Origin: Myxococcota bacterium
GTDB taxonomy: Bacteria > Myxococcota > JACRCW01
Direction: 5' to 3'
Assembly (NCBI GenBank): GCA_040752415.1
Contig: JBFMGU010000117.1
Location: 1 to 33,040 of the forward strand
Length of the DNA stretch: 33,040 nucleotides
Shown here: positions 26,372 to 33,040 of the stretch, one piece after another
How the letters are laid out: the number at the start of each line of letters is the position of its first letter
Numbering within the stretch: position 1 is the first letter of the stretch
Translations under genes and position numbers: made by a program
Notes under the pieces: generated by a model
Told to the model about the DNA's origin: nothing
Seen by the model: the letters and a program-made list of their open reading frames with translations, nothing else
Databases searched by the model: none

Positions 26372-27144
26372 CCCGTTGGGCTCCGCTGCTCGTCGTTGTG
26401 GTGGGCATCTCCTGCGCAACCTCCAAGGGCGGCGGCGGGTCCGCACCGTCCAGCCTGCGCAGCACCTCCAACATGGTGAAGCTCCCCGGCACCACCTTCA
26501 AGATGGGCAGCGACCAGGGCGAGCCCGACGAGACGCCCGAGCACGAGGTCACCGTCAAGACCTTCCTGCTGGACCGCACGGAGATCACCAACGCGGAGTA
26601 CGAGCAGTGCGTCGACGCTGGCGTGTGCGGCCCCGCGCGCTCGCTGAAGGAAGCGGGTCTCTCCGCGCCGCGGCAGCCCGTCGTTGGGATGAGCTGGAAT
26701 GACGCCGACAAGTACTGCAAGTGGGTGGGCAAGCGTCTTCCCACGGAAGCGGAGTTCGAGCGCGCGGTGCGTGGTGCGCAGGGTCGCCTCTATCCCTTTG
26801 ACGGCAAGCCCGACCCATCCAAGGGCAACCTGCGCGGCACCGGGGACGGGCACGAGCTGACGGCGCCGGTGGGCAGTTTTCCGTCGGGGGTGAGCAAAGA
26901 AGGGCCGCTGCTGGACCTCATGGGCAACGCCGCGGAGTGGATGAACGACTGGTACGACCCCAACTGGTACGTCACCAACAAGGAATGGACCGACCCCAAG
27001 GGACCCGCGCGCTCCGAGGAGAAGGTGGTGCGCGGCGGCAGTTACCGTGACCCGGAGTACGCCGCGCGCGGCTCGTCACGGAACCGGCTGGAGTTCAACC
27101 AGGCCTCGGACACCGTCGGCTTCCGCTGCGCCGCCGACGGGTGA
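26368..27144 (+). CDS. FGE-sulfatase (SUMF1/PvdO-like) domain lipoprotein
   Basis: GISC lipobox; FKMGS, DETPEHEV, TEITNAEY, RLPTEAEFERA, DLMGNAAEW, VVRGGSY, VGFRCA; ATGA overlap with recO. Confidence 0.9.
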   Translation: MTRWAPLLVVVVGISCATSKGGGGSAPSSLRSTSNMVKLPGTTFKMGSDQGEPDETPEHEVTVKTFLLDRTEITNAEYEQCVDAGVCGPARSLKEAGLSAPRQPVVGMSWNDADKYCKWVGKRLPTEAEFERAVRGAQGRLYPFDGKPDPSKGNLRGTGDGHELTAPVGSFPSGVSKEGPLLDLMGNAAEWMNDWYDPNWYVTNKEWTDPKGPARSEEKVVRGGSYRDPEYAARGSSRNRLEFNQASDTVGFRCAADG

Positions 27145-27147
27145 CGC

Positions 27148-28233
27148 TCAGCGCAGGTGCCGGTACCCCACGCTCAGCGCGAGCAGGTGCGTGGTGCCCG
27201 AATACGTTTCTCCGTCGACACCTCCCGCGGGAAGCTCCAGGTCCGCCACGTACGCCGCATCCATCGTCACGCCAAACAGCTGCCACCCCACGCCCACGCT
27301 GGCTCCCACGCGGTCGCTCCACGGCCGCTCCGCGTTGCGTTCCCCTGACCGCACCGGCGACGCGTCGTACAGCAGCCCCGCCCGCACCTTCACGTCGGGC
27401 GCCACGAACCCCAACACGTGCTCGACGCCACCGCGCACACCCAACCCGGGCCCACGCACGCGCGCGTCGGCCCACAGGGACGCGTTCACGTCGACACCCA
27501 CACGCAGCGTGCGATGCGGCAATCCATCCATTCCCACGCTGACGACGTGCGGCGTGCTCAAGAGCCCCAGGGGCTGATACGCGCGGCACGCGGGGTCACG
27601 GATGCACTGGGCCGTGGACGCCGCGGTCCCCGGGTCGCTGAACACGAGCACGGGCATGGCGCTCCGGTAATGCACTCCCACGACGAGACGACCGGGCAGC
27701 TGCGCGAGCACACCCGCATTGAACCCCGCCCCCGCCGCGGGTCCCTGCAGCCCCCACGACGACTCCTCCTGCCACCCACCCGCAACGTTGATTCCCGCGC
27801 CCACGCTGAGCTCGCCCAGGCGCAGCGCCAGGGACGGGTTCACCACCATGAGCTTCACGTCGCTGTGCACGTCGCGGTCGGACCAGTGCACCGCGTGGAT
27901 GAGTGGGGAGAAGACCGCCACGCCAACGGAGAGACGTCCGCGCGTGGAGAGCGCGAACACGGAGGGCGGCGTCACCAGCGTCGGCGCGGAGCGTTCACGC
28001 ACGCCGCGGAGTCGTACGGGTGTCACCAACGCACCGCCCACCTCGAGCAGCGTGCCCTCGGAGAGCGTCATGGCCGCGGGGTTGTAGAAGACGCTGGCCG
28101 CACCCGCGCGCGCCGTCCCCGCGCCGGCCCTTCCCGACGTGGCCGCGCCCTGCTCCAGGTGGAGCGGAGACGCGTGCACCAGGACAGACACCAGTGCACC
28201 GCACAGCGCGGCTGCGAGCTGGATCAGGCGCAT
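27148..28233 (-). CDS. FadL/OmpP1/TodX family outer-membrane transporter (compact)
   Basis: Signal peptide; hatch motifs GRAGAG and VFYNPAAMT; VNPSLALRL, GFNAGVL, VRAGLLYDASPV; C-terminal aromatic beta-strand SVGYR. Confidence 0.8.
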   Translation of the reverse strand: MRLIQLAAALCGALVSVLVHASPLHLEQGAATSGRAGAGTARAGAASVFYNPAAMTLSEGTLLEVGGALVTPVRLRGVRERSAPTLVTPPSVFALSTRGRLSVGVAVFSPLIHAVHWSDRDVHSDVKLMVVNPSLALRLGELSVGAGINVAGGWQEESSWGLQGPAAGAGFNAGVLAQLPGRLVVGVHYRSAMPVLVFSDPGTAASTAQCIRDPACRAYQPLGLLSTPHVVSVGMDGLPHRTLRVGVDVNASLWADARVRGPGLGVRGGVEHVLGFVAPDVKVRAGLLYDASPVRSGERNAERPWSDRVGASVGVGWQLFGVTMDAAYVADLELPAGGVDGETYSGTTHLLALSVGYRHLR

Positions 28234-28257
28234 GCGTGGCGGGTCAACGCGGGGAAC

Positions 28258-28785
28258 TCAGCGGCGCTTCTTCTTGCGCGGACGCTCATCCTCGTCGTCA
28301 TCATCGTCGTCGGATTCCACGTTCTCGGGGACCAGGCAGCTTCCCTGCGTGAACGAGCGACCGGCCACCATGCCCGCGGCCACCTGCGCACGGAACTCCG
28401 CGCTGATGTGGGCCACCGCGCTCTTGTCCTGCGTGGAATCCATCTCGGCGAACTCGCCCTCTTCTGGCTCGCCCAGGAACGCGCGCTGCTTGCGACGACG
28501 CTCCTTCTCCTCGTTCTCGACGGTGTACGCATCCGAGCCGCCAATGAGCGCCCCGATGGCGCCCATGTCCTTGCCCTTGGCCTTGCCCTTGGCGCGGACG
28601 CCACCGGCACCGCCGGCGCTGGAGCCACCTTTGACGTCGCCTTTTCCGTCGGCACTCTTGGAGTCCTTGGACTCCTTGGTCTCCTTGGTGTCCTTCTTCT
28701 GGAGCGCTTCCGCGCCCTGTCGCAGCAGGCGCTGGATGCCAGCCCCGAATCCGCCGCCTCCACCAACTCCGCGACCGTCAGACAT
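28258..28785 (-). CDS. Hypothetical low-complexity charged protein
   Basis: GAGGGA upstream of ATG 28785; high GC3 with AAG/GAG codons; Gly-rich N-terminus and an acidic then basic C-terminus. Confidence 0.72.
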   Translation of the reverse strand: MSDGRGVGGGGGFGAGIQRLLRQGAEALQKKDTKETKESKDSKSADGKGDVKGGSSAGGAGGVRAKGKAKGKDMGAIGALIGGSDAYTVENEEKERRRKQRAFLGEPEEGEFAEMDSTQDKSAVAHISAEFRAQVAAGMVAGRSFTQGSCLVPENVESDDDDDDEDERPRKKKRR

Positions 28786-28886
28786 CCGGATCCCTCACAC
28801 GCGCCCAGGGGAGGCCCTCGGCGTTATCCCGGCAAGGTTACGCGCTCGCGTACCAGTCGGCAAATGCTGCCGGATGTGCAAGCTCT

Positions 28887-28924
28887 TTTGCAAAGCGGGG
28901 CCGCGGCACTAGGGTGCGCCGCCC
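28887..28924 (+). promoter_or_regulatory. sigma70-type promoter of ssb
   Basis: (T)TTGCAA-N16-TAGGGT-GCGCCGCCC, then GGAGG RBS before ATG 28951. Confidence 0.55.
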
Positions 28925-28950
28925 AAGCATCAGTCTGGAGGCTGCAAACC

Positions 28951-29430
28951 ATGGCTGCAGGTTTTGTGAAGGTCACCCTGATTGGCAACCTGGGGAAGGA
29001 CCCGGAGGTGCGGTTCACCGCCGGCGGTACGGCTGTGGCCAACCTCAGGGTGGCGTGTACCGAGCGCGCCAAGAACAAGGAAGGCAACTGGGAGGACCGC
29101 ACGGAGTGGGTCAGCCTGGTGTGCTTTGGCAAGACGGCGGAGAACGCCGGGCAGTACCTGCAGAAGGGCCGCCAGATCTACGCCGAGGGTCGCCTGCAGA
29201 CGCGCGAGTGGACCGACAAGGACGGCAACAAGCGCTACAACACCGAGGTCATTGCCTTCCAGGTGCTCTTCCTGGGCCAGCGTGACGGCGGTGGCGCGGG
29301 TGCGGGCATGGGTGGTGGCGGTGGTCGTCCGGCCATGGCAGGAGCGCCCGGACGCGGCCCCGCGAATGACATGGGTGGCGGAGCCCCGGATGAGCCGCCC
29401 CCGCTCACCGACGACGACATTCCGTTCTGA
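28951..29430 (+). CDS. ssb: Single-stranded DNA-binding protein
   Basis: KVTLIGNLGKDPEVRFT, RTEW, EGRLQTREW, Gly-rich linker and C-terminal DDDIPF. Confidence 0.97.
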   Translation: MAAGFVKVTLIGNLGKDPEVRFTAGGTAVANLRVACTERAKNKEGNWEDRTEWVSLVCFGKTAENAGQYLQKGRQIYAEGRLQTREWTDKDGNKRYNTEVIAFQVLFLGQRDGGGAGAGMGGGGGRPAMAGAPGRGPANDMGGGAPDEPPPLTDDDIPF

Positions 29431-30807
29431 TCACCCGCCCTGCTGGTAGCAGTACGCCACCGTGATGGCGTGGCTGCCGCCGTCGGCCAGCGCGTCGCAC
29501 TGCGCGCCAAAGAACTCCACGGTGCTGCCACCGCTGGTGACGTCGTAGCCGCCCAGGTGCGAGGGGTCGCGCGTGACCATCACGCCGTCCACCGTCACGC
29601 TCACGCCCTGGTTGGCGTCCACGTTCTGGCTCAGCGTGAAGCGACACTCGCTCACGCGGATCCCAATCGCATCCATCGCGTTCTTGAGGCTCTGCGCGTC
29701 GGTGGTGGCGTAGTAGCGGTCGCCGCCGGGCGGCAGGGCCGTCCCCGCCGCCACGGCCATCTCGTTGAGCACGCTGGCGTAGCCCTCCGTACCGGGGATC
29801 CCCACCACGAACGTGCTGATCCCCTCGGCGGCAAGCTGCTCCACCGCGCTCACCGCTCCGTCGCGGTCCAGGCAGTTGCGGCTGTCGTCGCACTGCGCGT
29901 TGCCGTTGGTGCAGGTGCAGGTGTTGGGGTTGTAGCCCTCGGAGCAGTTGGGTGCGCCGTCGGTGGCCAGCACCACCGCGCGCGGGCGGGAGGAATCCAG
30001 GTTGCGCAGGTACCCCAGCGCGCCCAGCAGCGAGGGCGCCGTCGGCGTGCCGCCACCCGGCGAGAAGTCGTTGAGCGTGTTCGCAATCTGATCCGCGCGG
30101 TTGGCGCCCACCTGCACACGCACCACGCCGGAGTCGCAGCTGTTGTCGCCGCCGCCGGGGAACAGGCTCAGACCAAAGTCGATGCGCGCCTCCAGCTGCG
30201 CCGTCACCGTCTCCAGCACGCTCACCACCTGCTCCCACTTGCTCTGGTTCTGCCCGTCGGGGACGCCGTCCATGGAGCCGCTCTTGTCGACGACAAGGAG
30301 CATCTGCGGCTTCACCGTCTGACCCGTGGTGAACGTCTCGTTGGTGCAGGCCACCGGGCCGCCGTTGCTGCTGCCGTTGCCGCCGCTGCTGCTGCCTGGC
30401 CCGCCGCTGGTGCTGCCGTTGTTCCCGCCGCTGCTGGTGCCCGGTCCGCCGCTGGTGCTGCCGTTGTTCCCGCCGCCCGAGGTGGACGACGCATACCCCG
30501 GAGGCGGATCCCCACCGCTGCCCGGCTCGGCACCGTCGTCACAGGGGATGGCACCTTCACTGGTGGCGCACCACCCGTCGGCGTCACGCGCCTCATCCTC
30601 CATGCTCTGGCCCGGCTCCAGGATCTCCACCCACGGCTGCGGCTCGCTGGGCGTCCCGTCGGACGTCGAGCCCGAGGATCCCGTCCCGCCCGACGCCGCA
30701 CCGCCCTCCTCCCCGCCGCCTGCGCCGCCTTCGCCGCCGGGTGCGCCTCCCGGTGCACAGGCCACGACGCTCATCAGCAGAACTCCCCCAAGCGCGCGCT
30801 TCATCAT
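29431..30807 (-). CDS. vWA-domain Cys-rich lipoprotein, CglB-like
   Basis: GGAGG RBS; lipobox VVAC; MIDAS DKSGS, GGTPT, TDGAPNC; CTCT...C...CLD insert and VLNEMA as in the myxobacterial CglB family. Confidence 0.82.
   Translation of the reverse strand: MMKRALGGVLLMSVVACAPGGAPGGEGGAGGGEEGGAASGGTGSSGSTSDGTPSEPQPWVEILEPGQSMEDEARDADGWCATSEGAIPCDDGAEPGSGGDPPPGYASSTSGGGNNGSTSGGPGTSSGGNNGSTSGGPGSSSGGNGSSNGGPVACTNETFTTGQTVKPQMLLVVDKSGSMDGVPDGQNQSKWEQVVSVLETVTAQLEARIDFGLSLFPGGGDNSCDSGVVRVQVGANRADQIANTLNDFSPGGGTPTAPSLLGALGYLRNLDSSRPRAVVLATDGAPNCSEGYNPNTCTCTNGNAQCDDSRNCLDRDGAVSAVEQLAAEGISTFVVGIPGTEGYASVLNEMAVAAGTALPPGGDRYYATTDAQSLKNAMDAIGIRVSECRFTLSQNVDANQGVSVTVDGVMVTRDPSHLGGYDVTSGGSTVEFFGAQCDALADGGSHAITVAYCYQQGG
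30371..30476 (-). repeat. 45-bp tandem repeat encoding GGNNGSTSGGPG(T/S)SS linker
   Basis: CCGCCGCTGGTGCTGCCGTTGTTCCCGCCG occurs at 30401 and 30446, plus a degenerate third copy. Confidence 0.8.
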
Positions 30808-30966
30808 CGGGAACCTCCGAGGTGGGATGGAGACCTCCATGAAGCATGAGGTGGGACACCGTGGGCCGCCATAAGTCAGCGGGAGGTGGCCCGGTGACCT
30901 AGGTCGGGTGGCGGAGCAACAACCGGGAACTGGCGCCCGAGCACCGCTTGGCTCCACCATGCCCAC

Positions 30967-31857
30967 ATGCAATCCGCCCTGAGCGCGTTCCTGGGTTTCC
31001 TCCAAGCCGAGAAGCGGGCCAGCCCGCACACCCTGCGCGCGTACGAGCAGGATCTCACGCTGCTGTTGGACTTCCTGCGGGAGCGCAAGCACCCCGGCGC
31101 CGACGACATCCAGCACATCAGCCTGGTGACGCTGCGCGCCTTCGTGGCCGCGCGCCACGGTGTGGACGAGGCGTCCAGCCAGGCCCGACGGATCAGCGCG
31201 CTGCGCAGCTTCTTCCGCTTCTGTCTCCGACGGGGAATCGTCAAGGACAACCCCGCGCTGGGCCTGTCCTCACCCAAGCTCAAGCGCTCCGTCCCCAAGT
31301 CCCTGAGCGTGGATGAGGCGTTCAACGCCGTGGCGCAGCCGCGGGGCGACGCGCCGCTCAAGGTGCGTGACCGCGCCATCCTGGAGCTCCTCTACGGCAG
31401 CGGCCTGCGCGTGGCGGAGCTGTGCGGCCTCAACCTCGCCGACGTGGACCTGGGCAGCGGCGTGGTGCGGGTGCTGGGCAAGGGTCGCAAGGAGCGGCTG
31501 GTGCCCATGGGCGGCCATTGCCTGGACGCGCTCAAGGAATACCTGCCGGCGCGGCTCACGCTGAAGGCGCAGAGCGACGCGTTGTTCGTCAACCACCGCG
31601 GCGGGCGGCTCACCGCGCGCAGCGTGGCGCGACACCTGGCTGCCTACGGCGAGGCCGCGGCCGTGCGCGGTCGTCTGCACCCGCACCGTCTCCGCCACAG
31701 CTTCGCCACGCATCTGCTGGAAGGCGGTGCGGATCTCCGCGCGATCCAGGAGCTGCTTGGCCACGCCAGCCTCAGCACCACCCAGCGCTACACCAAGGTG
31801 GACCTTGAGCACCTGATGCGCGTCTACGACAAGGCGCACCCGCACGCGCGCGGCTAG
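30967..31857 (+). CDS. xerC: Tyrosine recombinase XerC
   Basis: SPHTLRAY, RDRAILELLYGSGLRVAEL, GKGRKER, HPHRLRHSFATHLL, DLRAIQELLGHASLSTTQRYT, YDKAHP. Confidence 0.92.
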   Translation: MQSALSAFLGFLQAEKRASPHTLRAYEQDLTLLLDFLRERKHPGADDIQHISLVTLRAFVAARHGVDEASSQARRISALRSFFRFCLRRGIVKDNPALGLSSPKLKRSVPKSLSVDEAFNAVAQPRGDAPLKVRDRAILELLYGSGLRVAELCGLNLADVDLGSGVVRVLGKGRKERLVPMGGHCLDALKEYLPARLTLKAQSDALFVNHRGGRLTARSVARHLAAYGEAAAVRGRLHPHRLRHSFATHLLEGGADLRAIQELLGHASLSTTQRYTKVDLEHLMRVYDKAHPHARG

Positions 31858-32005
31858 CGGGGTCTCCGTCGGGCGCGGGGCCGGCGCGGCGGGTCCGCGG
31901 GCATGCGTGGTCGGTGCGGTGGCTTGTGGTCAGCAGGAGCGCGGACGGAGCCGGCGCGGGGGCCGCCCGAGGCACCGCTTCGCCTGAGAAATCATGCCGT
32001 TGGCG

Positions 32006-32035
32006 TTGACATGGCGTCCGGTGCCCTCCTAGCGT
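32006..32035 (+). promoter_or_regulatory. sigma70-type promoter of the sigma4-domain gene
   Basis: Perfect TTGACA-N18-TAGCGT, about 80 nt before ATG 32116. Confidence 0.6.
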
Positions 32036-32115
32036 GCCCCACGCAACGCCTCGGGGTGGTTCACCACAAAAGAGGCGTGCCGGATCCCCCGCATCGGTTG
32101 AGGCAGGAGGCCTTG

Positions 32116-32625
32116 ATGAAGGTTGGCGCAAAGCCAGTGGACGCACCCGAGGAGATTCCGGGCGAGACCGCCTTGGATGACTCTCCTGGACGTCGTCGTG
32201 CGCGGACCATGAGCCGCAAGGAGATGATGCGGGATCGTCGTCGGGCGGCGGCGCGCGGTGAGCTGCTGGAAGTCCTGGAGTATGACCGGCCCCGCACCCG
32301 CGCGGACTGCGTCAACGGACCGCGGCCCTGCCTGTTCGTCTCCTGCCGCTACCACCTCTACCTCGACGTCAACCCGGAGACCGGGAGCGTCAAGCTCAAC
32401 TTCCCGGACAAGGAAGTCTGGGACCTGGAGCAGACCTGCGCCCTGGACGTGGCGGAGCGCGGTGGCGTGACGCTGGAGGAGGTGGGCGAGATCATGAACC
32501 TCACCCGTGAGCGCATCCGGCAGGTGGAGGTGCGTGGGCTCCAGAAGCTGAAGGACGTGCCGGAGTCCGACGGGGGCATTGAAGCGTTTGAGGACTGGGA
32601 GCCCAACGGCGGCAACCGTGAGTGA
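32116..32625 (+). CDS. Stand-alone sigma70 region-4 HTH protein with N-terminal Cys/His cluster
   Basis: GGAGG RBS; C-x6-C-x4-C-x2-H plus a later Cys; [28 protein letters not shown] closely resembles RpoD region 4.2; no region 2. Confidence 0.85.
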   Translation: MKVGAKPVDAPEEIPGETALDDSPGRRRARTMSRKEMMRDRRRAAARGELLEVLEYDRPRTRADCVNGPRPCLFVSCRYHLYLDVNPETGSVKLNFPDKEVWDLEQTCALDVAERGGVTLEEVGEIMNLTRERIRQVEVRGLQKLKDVPESDGGIEAFEDWEPNGGNRE

Positions 32626-32779
32626 CGCGGTGGACGTGCTCGCGGCGCGCCTGCCCTGTCCGAGGTGAAAACGAGTGGGCAGCATCCGGTTGGTGACGCG
32701 TGGTGGCGCTGCGGATGGACGCATGGGGCGTGCGTCGGGCCTGACGTGGGTTGGCTGCTTCCGAATCCCCGGGTGAGTC

Positions 32780-33040
32780 ATGCGTATTGACTGCGAGGCG
32801 TGCGGTGCGGCGTACGCCATTGACGACAACCTGATTGGCGACCGTGGCGTCCGGGCGCAATGCCCACGCTGTGGCGCACAGAAGGTGGTGAAGAAGGGCG
32901 CGCCGGCAGCGGCGCCGGCACCGGCTCCCGCGGCGGATCCCTTCGCCATGACCACCGGCCCCGGAGCCAGCCCGTTTGGTGCTCCCCCCCCGGGGCCCGC
33001 AGCCGATCCATTCGGCGCGCCCGCACCCGCCCCCAGCCCA
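32780..33040 (+). CDS. MJ0042-type zinc-ribbon domain protein (N-terminal part, runs off the window)
   Basis: Not in the ORF track. ATG 32780 reads MRIDCEACGAAYAIDDNLIGDRGVRAQCPRCGAQKVV, followed by Pro/Ala-rich DPF repeats. Confidence 0.85.
   Translation, partial: MRIDCEACGAAYAIDDNLIGDRGVRAQCPRCGAQKVVKKGAPAAAPAPAPAADPFAMTTGPGASPFGAPPPGPAADPFGAPAPAPSP

Noticed and set aside
26368..27144. FGE/CLec protein as a diversity-generating retroelement target
   Set aside because: No reverse transcriptase and no second copy (template repeat) of its 3' end in the window.
27418..28950. Apparent 670-aa SSB fusion
   Set aside because: The upstream part is antisense to two real genes; ssb has its own RBS and predicted promoter at ATG 28951.
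14141..30476. Tandem repeats as CRISPR arrays
   Set aside because: All are in-frame coding repeats with no unique spacers, and there are no cas genes.
30967..32000. Tyrosine recombinase as an integrase, integron or dif locus
   Set aside because: The sequence is typical housekeeping XerC with no IntI insertion; I saw no att, attC or dif-like site and no cargo genes.
1..33040. tRNA, rRNA, tmRNA, SRP RNA, RNase P RNA and IS elements
   Set aside because: No matching consensus motifs or transposase seen by eye; a covariance-model scan would be needed to exclude divergent RNAs.

Overview
High-GC (about 70% by eye), gene-dense chromosomal window, most likely from a myxobacterium (Myxococcota), judged from a Tgl pilotin, a CglB-like vWA lipoprotein, many Cys-rich lipoproteins and an MJ0042-type zinc-ribbon protein. 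It holds about 30 CDSs: nuoN, a DHH/DHHA1 phosphoesterase, a ~1330-aa modular lipoprotein, an orphan type-I periplasmic-binding lipoprotein, tldD-tldE followed by an orphan divergent cytochrome oxidase subunit III and a Uma2 nuclease, a complete TPAT-type TRAP transporter (tatT-tatP divergent from fused dctQM, which is coupled to a lipoprotein and a PPDK-regulatory kinase/pyrophosphorylase), rlmI-like, orphan mlaF-like, tgl-recO-FGE lipoprotein, fadL-like, ssb, xerC and a stand-alone Cys/His + sigma70 region 4 protein. I found no tRNA, rRNA, CRISPR array or transposase. The best leads are the sigma4-only protein under a TTGACA promoter, the TPAT-PDRP coupling with a possible lipid-uptake theme, the tldDE-coxIII unit, and the structured nuoN/DHH intergenic region with an in-frame UGA extension. 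All calls come from motif recognition by eye; no searches were run.
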